From: a virus
Taxonomy: Duplodnaviria; Caudoviricetes
Length of the DNA: 25,844 nt
Virus record (IMG/VR): IMGVR_UViG_3300035135_001643
Location: 1-25,844 of that record
Strand: one strand, 5' to 3'
Under the pieces are notes generated by a model. It was given only the letters and a program-made list of their open reading frames with translations. It was not told the DNA's origin and did not search any database. A program made the position numbers and the translations under genes. How positions within the stretch are numbered: the stretch's first letter is position 1; the number at the start of each line of letters is the position of its first letter. Shown here in pieces: positions 1 to 11,200 of the stretch.

Positions 1-2
1 GC

Positions 3-3000
3 AGAGAATTAACGCAACTTCAATCTATTCTACAGAATCAGGTTGAGAGTTTTGGTAAGTATGCTTTTAAGCAGGGAGAATTAGTTATCCCTGGAGAAGT
101 TGGTCTCAATACAAAATTAGATTACGTTAAGTTATCCTCAGTATCAGAAGTTGCTATTTCTGAGGGAGATGACATTGTATATAAGAAGTATGATATTACT
201 CAGTTAATTGGTCTTCAACTGCGTGGTTTGACTTCTGGTGTTATTGGAAATGTTCTCTCCGCAAATCTAGCAACAGAAGCATCTTCTGATACTTTATACG
301 TATCTTATCAGAACAGTGGTAATTCTAACGCAGAATCTACTTTCCGTCAAGGTGAAACTTTAGAAGTTATCGATGGTGTCAATACTCCATTGATGGTTGT
401 TGGTACGGATGGCAGTGTTCTACCTACAAGTATTAATGTAACAAATCCAGACACTGGAGATGTAACTTCTCTAGAAAGTCCTGCTATGGGATATGCTTCT
501 GCTGTTAAAGTAGAAGAAGGTATCTATTTTGTCAATGGTTATTTTGTACGTAATGAAGAGCAACTCCTCGTTATTGACGAATACTACAATAAACCCTCCG
601 CAAAAGTTGGATTTACAATCAAAGAAGAAGTTGTAACTCCTGAAGAAGATTCATCTCTTTATGATAATGCTATCGGTTCTTCTAACTACACAGCACCTGG
701 AGCACACAGACTAAAGATTAGTCTAGAACTCAAAGAGTTTGCTTTAGATGCAATTACTGATAAGAATTTTATTCAACTCCTAACTGTTAATAGAGGAGTT
801 GTACAAAGAAAAGTGTCGCCTGCTGACTACAGTGTTCTAGAGCAAACTCTTGCTAGAAGAACATTTGATGAGAGTGGTGACTATGTAGTACAAGATTTCT
901 CTATTGATATTAGAGAGTATGCTCAGAAAGACGGTAATAGAGGTCTGTATGCTGCTGATGAATTTGATCTGTATAATGGATTGAGTGCTACTGAAGCTAG
1001 CAGAAAAATGATTGCTAGCATTGGTCCTGGTAAAGCATATATTAGAGGATATGAAATTGTCAATAAAGAGACTAAGTATCTCGAAATTAACAAAGCAAGA
1101 GAAAGTCTCAGCAGTGACAATGTAACTCTTAAGACAAAGGGTCTGCCAACATATACTATTAGCAATGTATATGGCAGTGTTCCTCTAAACAAAGAGGGAT
1201 CGCAACTTACTGCGTACCCAACTGTATACTTGTCAACTCTTTTCAATGACGGTTATGTTGGTCTTGGTGGTACAGAACTAGACTCAAATTATCGTCAAAC
1301 TATTGACAGAAGAGGTAAGTTTTTTGATTCTAACATTGGAATCAAAACAGTAACACTTGAAATTGTTGATGTCAATATTCCTATTACAAGTATTATTCCA
1401 AGTGATTTAGAAAATACTTTTAGCAAGTTGTGGTATGTCAAGACCAGAGCAGGCACTAACATTGTCTCATATGTAGATGTACTTTCTTATTCCAAAGTAT
1501 TCAAACCACTCAAAAACCCAGGAACTACAGAAGAATCTAGATACCTAGAAGTAACAGTTGCTGGAACTAAGAGTGATCTAGAGAATATTTTCAAAGAGTA
1601 TGATGAAAGTTCTCAGGGTAAAAATAGAAAAGTTTTCTTGACAGAGAACGATGCTATTGGTGACGAAAAAGAAAATTTAGCATCTACAATTTTTGCTAAT
1701 GTAATCGACTACAGTGAAACTATTACTCCTGTTGTTGGTACAGCAAAACCAAGTAATTTCTACTTAGAAGAGAGAGGAGAGGGATTCAATCCAGATTCTG
1801 ACATCGTAATCTCAAAAGGAACTCTTTCACAGGGTGGCGATGCTTACAATGCTAAGTTTGCATTATCATACTTTGATCCACAGTTCTTTACTAGAATTGT
1901 ATTAGAAAATGTAGTACCAACAAATTCATATGGTGTTGGTGAATATGTTTATGGTTTGACAAGTGGTGCTTATGGTGTAGTAGAAGGAGCTCCAAACGGA
2001 GTTTATTCTACTGGCAAAATCCTATTTGTTAAAACTCTTTCTGGAAAGTTTGTTCCTGGCGAGACAGTCAGAGATGAAGCAGGAAATCTGGTAAAAATTG
2101 CTAAAGAAAATACTATTTCTCACTTCATTGTTCAAGAAAGAGGACTGGGTTATCCATCTACATCTACAATTGTAGTTGATGGTGTTGGTTATGATCAATC
2201 TCAAGTTGAATTGGGATTCAATGGTCAAGGTATTTACAGAGTTGATATTGTTGACAGAGTTTCTTTTGCTGGAGAGTATTCGAAACCACCCGTAGTAACA
2301 ATCAATTCTGGCGATAATGTTCCAACAACTAGCGCAGTAATTGTCCCTGTATTGAATAGAAATACAGTAACGACATACACTCCACAAAATGTAAAATCAT
2401 TTGGATCATCATATGGATCTGGTAATGTCAATCAGTTTACTGCTGACTCTGTTGTAGATGATAGAGACTTTGCTAATGTTACATCAGTAACAGATTTTAC
2501 GTTCTTCGGATCAAAGGGAACCAAATTCCTGGAGTCTACAAGTTTCAGTGCAGATGCTAGCAGCATCGTACAACAGGGCGATTTGATTCAGTTCTCTGAT
2601 GCTTCTAACAATGTTATCAGAGCAATTGTTCAATATGCTACTATCCAAAAAGGATCTGCTAAGACAAGAATTTACATTGATGAAACTCTATATGATGATG
2701 TAACTAGCACCAGTGTTGTTCTCCTCCGTCCAAGAATCAAGAATCCAAATTCTGGAACTCTTCTTTTCCCAACAGGAAGTAAGCAAGTACAAAAGATCTC
2801 TGCTGGATCTGATGATACTAAGATCAAGTATTTCTTTAGAAGAGACTTTGTTACTGCTGGTTCTACTGGTGGTGGTATCATCTCATTTGCTGCTCAGTTG
2901 CCATTTGGCACACAGAGATTCACAACATTCAATGAAAAGAACTATATTGTTACTGTCTTGAATAAGAACAGTGCTGATTTGGTTGAAGATGGTGATATTG

Positions 3001-6000
3001 TTTATATTGATGCCGACAATGTAGAAGTTACTTCAGCAACTGACACAGCAAGTGGATTGACTTCTGGCAGCATCACATTCCAACTACCAACTTCATACTT
3101 TAATAGCAATTTTGCTGGCGAAGCAAATTATGTTGCTCCTGAGTTGAAACTCACCGCAACACTAGAAGTTTCAAATGCAAAACCAAGACTCAAAACTTCC
3201 ATTGAGAACAAGCGTATTGTTGTAGATTCTGCTGGTGATAGAGTTATTCCTTTTAGAGGAACTGACTATGATAGTGATGTTGTAGAAACTTTATCGTTCT
3301 CTGACGCATATAGATTGCGTTATGTTTACGAGGGAACTAGTACACAACCACCTGAAATTGACAGCGCAGGCAATTTGGTTTCTGGTACAGATGTAACTAA
3401 TAGGTTTACGTTTGATAATGGACAGAGAGATACAATCTATGATGTTTCTAGAATTGTTCTAAAACCAGGATTTGACCCAACTGTTGGTCAATTAGTAATT
3501 GCTTTTGATTACTTCGAACATTCCCAAGGAGATTTTGTAACTATTGATAGTTACCTTCATGAGGCAGGTGTTACTGAGGACGAGATTCCAACATTCAACT
3601 CTTCTGCTCTAGGAAATGTAGAACTCAAGAATGTTATTGACTTTAGACCAAAAGTAAATACTTCTACAATTGTTGCTGGATATCAAGATACTTCTTCATT
3701 AGAAGTTACTAATAGTAATTTCACTGGTGCTGGTTCCGTTGTAGCAGCAACTCCTGCTCCAGATACAAACTTAGAGTATACTTTCTCGTTCAGTCAAATT
3801 CAATATCTTGATCGTATTGACGGTATCTTCCTTAATAAGAGAGGTGAGTTTGTTGTCAAGGAAGGTAATTCTTCACTCAACCCAACTAAACCAGATCCTG
3901 TCAAGGATGCTGTTGCTCTCTTCTATGCTTACATTCCAGCGTATACTACAAGCAGCAAAGATGTAAGGATTACTCCTGTTGAGCACAAGCGTTACACGAT
4001 GAAGGACATCGGTAAACTTGAGAAGCGTGTTGAACGTCTTGAGTATTATACCACGCTCAGTATTCTTGAGCAACAGGCATTAAACATGCAGGTCAAGGAT
4101 GAAATCGGTCTTGATAGATTCAAGTCTGGTTTCTTTGTAGACAACTTTGAGACTCATGGTATTGGTAACCTTGTCTCTGCTGACTACAAGTGTGCTATTG
4201 ATAGCAGACAGTCTGTATTGAGACCACAGTCAAAAGAAGATTCTATTCTTCTAAGAGAAGTCAATACAAGACAAGACCAAAGATCTGTTGCTGGATATCA
4301 AAAGTCTGGTAATATTGTAACTCTGCCATATAGTAGTCTCAAACTTCTTGGTAATGATTTCGCATCGAAGACTATCAATCCAAACCCATTTGTTGTTTTC
4401 CAATATGTTGGTGAGGGAGAAGTTTCCCCACAGATTGATCAGTGGTACGATCAAAGCGTAGAACCTCTGGTTGTAGATACAAATACAAGTCTCTTTGATA
4501 TCTTTATTGCTAAAGATGATAGCAGAGAAAGTTTCTCTAGTCTCCACAATTCATTCATTGTAAACTGGGTTGGAACTTCACCATCATTTACATCAATCAA
4601 TTCTCTTGGCGAGACAAATACTGCTAACGCTAAGTCTTCTGTCAAAGCTGCTTCTGTTGGAAGTTCTTCCAATATTAGTCCACAAAACAATGAACTTGGT
4701 AAAGGTGTACAAACTAAAGCAGTTGGAGAAAGTGTTGTATCAACATCACTACAGTTCTTTGCTAGAACTAGACCTATCAAGTTTGTAATTGGAAGACTTA
4801 AACCTCTAACTAAAGTATCTGTATTCTTAGAAGGCAGAAATATTAATCGTTGGGTAAACCCAGACCTAAGATATACTGGTATTGCTGGTAATTCACTATC
4901 AGCATTCAATGGTGAGATTGTAACCGATGAAAATGGTAACGCCAGTGGTTTGATTCTATTGCCTGCTGGTTATGCTCCTCGTGAAAATGCTACTTGGACT
5001 GGAGACGCTGATACTGTTCAGTACGATGAATCTTCAGAAGAACTACGTTTTACAACTGGTGAACTAACATTTAGATTTACTTCTAGTAGCACTAATGAAG
5101 ATAAGACTACTGTAGATACATACGCAGAAATTAAGTATTATGCATCGGGTATTCTACCACAGAATCCTTCCAGTATCGTATCCACAAAACCATCTTACTT
5201 TAAGTCAAATGAGGGTGTTCAGTTTGTTGAAAGCAATACTGATAATCCTCTAAGACCAAATCCACTAGCACAGGTATTCAAAGTCGAAAACTTTGACGGT
5301 GGTGTATTCATCACTGGTGCTGATCTATACTTTAAGAGTAAGAGCACCAATATTCCAGTTAGAGTTTACATGACTAATGTTGACTTTGACAAACCTGCTA
5401 AGAATATTGTTCCTGGAACAGAAAAAACTCTAACTCCTGAAACATTCCTCAAGTGCTTTGCTTCTGGCAATGTATTGGTAACTAGAGGTGAGGTTGTTGT
5501 TGGCACAAGTTCTGCTGCTTCTGGACCTATTTCTAGAATCATTGATAAAAACGGTGTTGAGTTAACTCCTTCATCTACAGGTGTATATGCTCTCACTAAC
5601 GAGCAAGTATACACTCTCGTTCTCAAGAACCACAATGGCAGATCTTTCTTACAGAATGAATTACTAGAGATTCCTTCTGTAACACTAGCAAATGCTACTG
5701 GAGGAACAGACCTTACATTGACGATTGCTAAAGATAGTGGAAAACTATCTGACATTAGAATTACCAATCCTGGTCAAAATTACGATAGTGCTGTTCTAAC
5801 AATTGAAAGTCCACAACTTCCTGGTGGATCTGTAGCAACTGCTAAGATCAATGTATCTGACGGAAGAATTTACAATGCTGAAGTTTCTATTGCTGGTTTC
5901 GGATATACAGAGTCTCCTTCAGTGGTCATCAAAGGCGTCGGAAATGGCGCTGGAGGGTGTGAGGTAGAGACTTTCATTGAGATTGATACACCTGCTGTTA

Positions 6001-8045
6001 GAATGGGCGTAGCGACCGATTTTGAGGGTCTCACAGAGTCTACAACTCCTACCCATTTTGCGTTCGATTACCCCGTATATCTGGAGAATGATTCCGAATA
6101 TGCGTTGGTAATTGAAACCGACTCAACTGATTATGAACTATGGTCTTCTAAGTTAGGAGAGACTGATCTTTCTACTAGCACTGTTATCACAACTCAACCA
6201 TCTCTTGGATCTCTTTATAAGTCTCAAAATACTGAAAACTGGACAGAAGATCTAGATCAAGATCTTAAGTTCACACTATATCGTGCTGAGTTTGATATTT
6301 CAAGACCTTCTGAGTTACTACTCAAGAATGTAAATCTTGGATATGAACTTCTTGAAATGAATCCAATTCAAACTGATGCAACTTCTGAGTCTATCGCTAC
6401 TTCCAAGTTGTTTAAAAACAACAATAGCATTATCAAAATTAACCATAGAGATAATGGATTTGAGGATAGTGGAAAATCTTATGTCTTCTTTAGAGGCGCT
6501 GATGAAACAGGTGCTATCCCATCAGAAACTTTCAATACTAACTTATTCCAAGTTATGAACTCTGGTGTTGATTCTTATAACATCAGAACAATTACTCAGG
6601 CGGCAAGCAGTTCAGTTGGTGGTGGACATGTTTATGCTACTTACAATAGAAAGTTTGAAACTTTGTATCCACAAGTACATTACTTAACTGTATCTGGTAC
6701 AACACTAAACACTTCCGTCAAAACCACTAATATTATTCCTGTTGATTCATCTACAACAAATTACACTTCATATTCACAAACTGATTTTGAGAAGACATTC
6801 TTGAATGAACCACATTATTTTGATAACCAAAAAGTCATCGCATCTGAAATTAATGAAACTCTAAACAGTCTCGCAAGATCTTTGACTTATAAGATGGAGT
6901 TGTCTTCCACATCATCTCATTTGTCACCTGTTATTGATCTTTCGAGTGCTTCTGTCAAAACTGTATCAAACAGAATTGAAAATGCCGAAGGACAGGAAAA
7001 CAGATATGGAAGAAGGGAGCAATTGATTGAATTCTATCCCGTGTATTCATTCTCACTCTCTACTTTAACCACTGGCGTTACTTACCAAAACAACCAAAGC
7101 ATCAAAGGAAAAACTTCTGCTGCTAATGGTACAATTGCTAAAGTTGATGGCAATCAAATTTGGGTTAAGGTCAAAACCAAGCAAGGGTTCAGCATTGGTG
7201 AAGAAGTTGAATTGACACAATATGCCAATACACAATCTGCACCTACTGTTACTATTGGTTCTACGCCATCTTTGGTAACTCCTATTATTAATAGTTCTAC
7301 TCAATCTGCTGCTGGTGAGTCAATTACTATCGTTGCTCGCAATCCAGTTGAATCTAAGATTCTTGAGACTTATGATAATAGAATTACTGGTAAGTCAGTT
7401 ATCTGGAACAGAACAACCAGAGTATTGACTCTAAGAACTGACATTCAACCAATCAATGATGATTACACTGCTAGAATCATTGATAGCAATCTATATGCTA
7501 GAGCGAATGAAGTAACAGATCAGATTGCTGATATCTTCCGTGTTGGTGATATTATTTCATATCCAAATCAACCAGACGATGAAGCATTCTTTATGGAAGT
7601 AGCAAAAGTAGAGTATAGTTCTGGTGTTGATTTCGTTGCTGAAGATACTTCTAAGAATAGTTCTTCTATTGCAAAGTATGTCACCAAGGAAGTATACATT
7701 ACAAATCCTGCTACAGCAATTGATGTTCATCTACTTGCTAACGTTAAGAATATCGAAAACATCGAAGTTCTTTACAAGTATAAGAGAGCATCAAGCCAAG
7801 AAAACTTCGAAGATGCTGAATGGTTCTACTTCAATGATAATGGTCAACCAGATTCACTAGAGATTGCTAGTGCTGAAAACACTATTTCAAGTATTGTTGA
7901 AAAGCAATCAGCATATCAAGATCTTAAGTATAGCGTATCTGGATTACCTGAGTTCTCTTCATTCGCAATCAAACTTGTAATGAAGGGAGTGGATCCAGCA
8001 TACGTTCCTAAGATTCAAGACATTCGTGCAGTTGCTGCTTTCTAA
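3..8045 (+). CDS. vrlC: VrlC-like (DUF4815) large virion structural protein, 5'-truncated; true start lies upstream of the window
   Basis: The frame of the 228..8045 ORF is open back to base 3 and reads RELTQLQSILQNQVESFGKYAFKQGELVIPG, the N-terminal VrlC/DUF4815 motif as I recognise it. Further family motifs: APGAHRLKI, LARRTFDESGDY, YTMKDIGKLEKRVERLEYYTTLSILE, GLDRFKSGFFVDNF, DLKFTLYRAEF and C-terminal PKIQDIRAVA. The TTG at 228 is an internal Leu. Confidence 0.88.
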   Translation, partial: RELTQLQSILQNQVESFGKYAFKQGELVIPGEVGLNTKLDYVKLSSVSEVAISEGDDIVYKKYDITQLIGLQLRGLTSGVIGNVLSANLATEASSDTLYVSYQNSGNSNAESTFRQGETLEVIDGVNTPLMVVGTDGSVLPTSINVTNPDTGDVTSLESPAMGYASAVKVEEGIYFVNGYFVRNEEQLLVIDEYYNKPSAKVGFTIKEEVVTPEEDSSLYDNAIGSSNYTAPGAHRLKISLELKEFALDAITDKNFIQLLTVNRGVVQRKVSPADYSVLEQTLARRTFDESGDYVVQDFSIDIREYAQKDGNRGLYAADEFDLYNGLSATEASRKMIASIGPGKAYIRGYEIVNKETKYLEINKARESLSSDNVTLKTKGLPTYTISNVYGSVPLNKEGSQLTAYPTVYLSTLFNDGYVGLGGTELDSNYRQTIDRRGKFFDSNIGIKTVTLEIVDVNIPITSIIPSDLENTFSKLWYVKTRAGTNIVSYVDVLSYSKVFKPLKNPGTTEESRYLEVTVAGTKSDLENIFKEYDESSQGKNRKVFLTENDAIGDEKENLASTIFANVIDYSETITPVVGTAKPSNFYLEERGEGFNPDSDIVISKGTLSQGGDAYNAKFALSYFDPQFFTRIVLENVVPTNSYGVGEYVYGLTSGAYGVVEGAPNGVYSTGKILFVKTLSGKFVPGETVRDEAGNLVKIAKENTISHFIVQERGLGYPSTSTIVVDGVGYDQSQVELGFNGQGIYRVDIVDRVSFAGEYSKPPVVTINSGDNVPTTSAVIVPVLNRNTVTTYTPQNVKSFGSSYGSGNVNQFTADSVVDDRDFANVTSVTDFTFFGSKGTKFLESTSFSADASSIVQQGDLIQFSDASNNVIRAIVQYATIQKGSAKTRIYIDETLYDDVTSTSVVLLRPRIKNPNSGTLLFPTGSKQVQKISAGSDDTKIKYFFRRDFVTAGSTGGGIISFAAQLPFGTQRFTTFNEKNYIVTVLNKNSADLVEDGDIVYIDADNVEVTSATDTASGLTSGSITFQLPTSYFNSNFAGEANYVAPELKLTATLEVSNAKPRLKTSIENKRIVVDSAGDRVIPFRGTDYDSDVVETLSFSDAYRLRYVYEGTSTQPPEIDSAGNLVSGTDVTNRFTFDNGQRDTIYDVSRIVLKPGFDPTVGQLVIAFDYFEHSQGDFVTIDSYLHEAGVTEDEIPTFNSSALGNVELKNVIDFRPKVNTSTIVAGYQDTSSLEVTNSNFTGAGSVVAATPAPDTNLEYTFSFSQIQYLDRIDGIFLNKRGEFVVKEGNSSLNPTKPDPVKDAVALFYAYIPAYTTSSKDVRITPVEHKRYTMKDIGKLEKRVERLEYYTTLSILEQQALNMQVKDEIGLDRFKSGFFVDNFETHGIGNLVSADYKCAIDSRQSVLRPQSKEDSILLREVNTRQDQRSVAGYQKSGNIVTLPYSSLKLLGNDFASKTINPNPFVVFQYVGEGEVSPQIDQWYDQSVEPLVVDTNTSLFDIFIAKDDSRESFSSLHNSFIVNWVGTSPSFTSINSLGETNTANAKSSVKAASVGSSSNISPQNNELGKGVQTKAVGESVVSTSLQFFARTRPIKFVIGRLKPLTKVSVFLEGRNINRWVNPDLRYTGIAGNSLSAFNGEIVTDENGNASGLILLPAGYAPRENATWTGDADTVQYDESSEELRFTTGELTFRFTSSSTNEDKTTVDTYAEIKYYASGILPQNPSSIVSTKPSYFKSNEGVQFVESNTDNPLRPNPLAQVFKVENFDGGVFITGADLYFKSKSTNIPVRVYMTNVDFDKPAKNIVPGTEKTLTPETFLKCFASGNVLVTRGEVVVGTSSAASGPISRIIDKNGVELTPSSTGVYALTNEQVYTLVLKNHNGRSFLQNELLEIPSVTLANATGGTDLTLTIAKDSGKLSDIRITNPGQNYDSAVLTIESPQLPGGSVATAKINVSDGRIYNAEVSIAGFGYTESPSVVIKGVGNGAGGCEVETFIEIDTPAVRMGVATDFEGLTESTTPTHFAFDYPVYLENDSEYALVIETDSTDYELWSSKLGETDLSTSTVITTQPSLGSLYKSQNTENWTEDLDQDLKFTLYRAEFDISRPSELLLKNVNLGYELLEMNPIQTDATSESIATSKLFKNNNSIIKINHRDNGFEDSGKSYVFFRGADETGAIPSETFNTNLFQVMNSGVDSYNIRTITQAASSSVGGGHVYATYNRKFETLYPQVHYLTVSGTTLNTSVKTTNIIPVDSSTTNYTSYSQTDFEKTFLNEPHYFDNQKVIASEINETLNSLARSLTYKMELSSTSSHLSPVIDLSSASVKTVSNRIENAEGQENRYGRREQLIEFYPVYSFSLSTLTTGVTYQNNQSIKGKTSAANGTIAKVDGNQIWVKVKTKQGFSIGEEVELTQYANTQSAPTVTIGSTPSLVTPIINSSTQSAAGESITIVARNPVESKILETYDNRITGKSVIWNRTTRVLTLRTDIQPINDDYTARIIDSNLYARANEVTDQIADIFRVGDIISYPNQPDDEAFFMEVAKVEYSSGVDFVAEDTSKNSSSIAKYVTKEVYITNPATAIDVHLLANVKNIENIEVLYKYKRASSQENFEDAEWFYFNDNGQPDSLEIASAENTISSIVEKQSAYQDLKYSVSGLPEFSSFAIKLVMKGVDPAYVPKIQDIRAVAAF

Positions 8046-8054
8046 TTTCCGCGC

Positions 8055-8261
8055 ATGAGTTACATTAAAGTTGAAGGACATGATGGTCTCGTTAGGGACG
8101 AGACCACAGGTGCCATCTTAAATCAAGATAGTTCTGCTATTGAAGCAAGGCGTAAATTAAAACATCTTAATTCCGCGTTGGAAGACATAAATATGTTGAA
8201 GGATGAGATCTCTGAAATTAAATCCCTACTTAGAGAGTTAGTAAAAAATGCCAGCAATTAA
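8055..8261 (+). CDS. Small hypothetical protein (68 aa) with C-terminal coiled coil, typical neighbour of VrlC-like genes in T4-like phages
   Basis: ATG 9 nt after the ORF1 stop; KVEGHDGLVRDETTGAILN N-terminus and heptad-like INMLKDEISEIKSLLRELV; overlaps the next gene by 14 nt. Confidence 0.8.
   Translation: MSYIKVEGHDGLVRDETTGAILNQDSSAIEARRKLKHLNSALEDINMLKDEISEIKSLLRELVKNASN
8186..8193 (+). promoter_or_regulatory. Putative T4-type late promoter (CATAAATA)
   Basis: Matches NATAAATA (T4 late consensus TATAAATA); 54 nt before ATG 8248; embedded in ORF2 codons GAC ATA AAT ATG. Confidence 0.65.
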
Positions 8262-11200
8262 CGTCGCAAGAACAGACACCTTTGAAACACAAAGGGTAAA
8301 AATTAATGAGATTGGATCTCAAATATTTTCTATCACTCAAGGTGGCAGTGATCTTGCTACTGGAAATTTAAAGTTAGGTGATGGTACTAGAACTGCTCCA
8401 TCTCTAGCATTCACCTCAGACACATCACTTGGTATTTTTAAATCAGAAGAAAATACATTTGGTTATGTATCTTCTGGTCAAAAAATTGCAGATTTTGGTA
8501 CTTTAGGAAATCTGTTTTATAAGGATTTGATTGTAAGACAGAAGGTTTTAACAAATTCTGGAATTAGTTTCCTTTCATATGGTGAAAACTATGACGCTGG
8601 ATCCTATAATGTTATTTTAACTGGAGGAACTGGAGAAGGCGCAACTGTTAGTATTTCTGTAACCGCATATACTGGCAGCATTACTAATCAAGGAGAAAAT
8701 TATTTTCCTGGAAATTATTCTGATATTTTATTAGAAGGTGGTTCGGGAACAGGAGCGCAAGCTAATTTTGATGTTGAAGGAATTGTTGGTGATATTACAG
8801 TAGCAGGTAACGGATATGTTCCTGGTACATATAATTCTATCGATTTGACTGGTGGTAGTGGTACTGGTGCTACTGGTAATATCACAATTACTGGTGATAC
8901 TCAAATAAATGGTTCTATTACAAATCCTGGTAGTGGATACACTCAAGGGAATTATATTTTTGTTCCATTATTAAACAATCCAACAACAACGTATGTTGTC
9001 GGAACAGTAGCAAATCCTGGTACACCGCCACCAAGCAATATTTACACTCTTGATGGATCTAATCAACCAACATTAAATTTACTCAAATCAAATACTTATA
9101 GATTTGATCTTTCTGATGCTTCTCTGGCAAATCATCCATTCAATATAAGAAAACAGAGTGGAGATCCTCTTGATAATAATTATGTCTTGGTGACAAAAGG
9201 AACACCAGGAAATGCGGGTGCTTTTTTAGATTTAATTATTAAACCGACTGCTGGTAATGATACTCTAGAATATTATTGTACTGTTCACCCTGGTATGGGA
9301 GCAAATATTAATGTTTCTACTGGAGCAGTTGGTTCATTTGGTTCATTTGGTGCTGCTTCAATTGAAGTCGATGCTACTGGTGTAGTATCTAGTTTTGATG
9401 TAACAAACATAGGAATCGATTACGCAGCTAACGACATTGTATCTGTCTACTCTGCAGACATTGGTGGAACTGGTTCTGGATTTGAATTTACAATATCTGG
9501 AATTACATATACTGGAATTGTAGATTCTATCACTATTGTTGAAAGTGGGTCTGATTATGTAAATGGAGATACTCTTTCTATAAATGATGCTGATGTTGGT
9601 GGAGGTGGTGGAAGTGGATTTGAATTTACAGTAACTAGTTTTCCAGGAAAAATTACCAATATTGAATTTTCAAATCAAGGAACTGGATATCAAGTAGCAG
9701 ACATCCTTACTCTCCCAACCCAAGTAACAAAAACATCTGTTACTGTAAAAGGAGAAAAGTTAAATGTTGCTACAACTTTGAGCACCGCAACTCCTGTTAT
9801 AACAGTTGCATCAACAGCAGGAATTATACCTGGGATGGAAATCCAGGGAGGATCTAATGATGTAGGTAATATCGGTCAAGGAAATACTGTTTTGAGTGTT
9901 GATAGTTCAACACAACTAACACTTTCCAATAATCCAATATTTGATGGAAGTGCTGACCTTACATTTAGATCTCCTGGTAATTTGAGATTGCTTGATATAG
10001 CAGATGTATCTGGAATATTACAAGGGTCTTTAGTTTCTGTTTCTGGAGGAACTGCTTTAATTGATATTACAGCAACTGTTATATCTGTTGCTCCAAATGA
10101 AGTAATTATTTCCACAGATCCAACTCAAGCTGGTGTTTCCGATATTATTTTTATTCCTCCATATAAAAACCCAACAACACCATTCGAATATACTATCAAT
10201 AAACTTGGAGTTGTAACTGGAGCAAATATTTTAGAAGGTGGAAATGGATATTCAGTTGGTGATGAACTTTCTGTAAATGCTAGAGATTTAACATCACCAA
10301 TTGTATATGATGTAACAAACAGAGATCTAAGAAGAATAACATTTACTGGAACATTTCCATCTGGTACATTTTCGGTTGGCAATTTTGTAAGAGAAAGAGA
10401 TGGAGATATTCAACTTTTTAATTTTTCGGCAACTGATGTAATTCCAACAACAGTATCTGGATTATCAACAACATTAGATGTACTTTCAACAACAGTAACA
10501 CTAACATCAACTACAGGCATTCTAGCAGGAATGATTGTTACTACTAGTCCTGGAGATGTAGGTGAATTACCATCTCCTTGCACTGTAGTTAGTGTAGATA
10601 GTCCAACTGAAATTACAATAAGTTCTTTACCTATTCTTAGTGGATCTGCTGTCTTAGATTTTACATCAGATGAGTCTGGAACCTATACCAATGTTGCTTC
10701 TACAACAAATAGTGCTAATGGAACTCCAGTAACTTTTGATATTACAAGAAATAGTAATGGTGAAGTTGATAATCTCACAATTAACCAATCTGGATTTTTC
10801 TATGAATCTGGAGATGAAGTTTATATTGATGGATCTTTAATTGGTGGATCATCCCCAACAAACGATATTACGATCACTGTAGATTTCGTAAGAGAATTAG
10901 AAGATTCTGAAATTTATCAAGTAATTTTAGACCAATCAAATAATATCGAAAGTTTGTTGATTGATGATTTGGGATATCAGCAAGGGTTTGTATTGTATAA
11001 TGTCGGTGATGTTTCAACAACATATACAATAGATGATGAAGGATCTACAGAACACAGATTTTTCATTGATATTGGATCTGGTCCTACATTGACTCCAGAT
11101 ATTAATTTCTATGTTGGGAATACATATGAATTTAATATTTCAGATTCTAGCAACACAGATCATTTATTTTCTTTAAGCAAATTTAGAGACGGAATTTGGT

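Noticed and set aside
5920-6100. Locally GC-richer patch in ORF1
   Set aside because: It is short, partly explained by Gly/Ala/Val codons, and shows no hairpin or repeat structure.
8240-8250. A-run (GTAAAAAATG) as a programmed frameshift joining ORF2 to ORF3
   Set aside because: ORF3 has its own ATG and upstream promoter motif; there is no canonical slippery heptamer with a downstream structure.
8977-9318. Calling the cupredoxin-like segment a plastocyanin (petE) auxiliary metabolic gene
   Set aside because: It is an internal domain of a 1775-aa structural protein with no signal peptide, and the loop spacing is C-x2-H-x2-M, not the C-x2-H-x4-M of plastocyanin.
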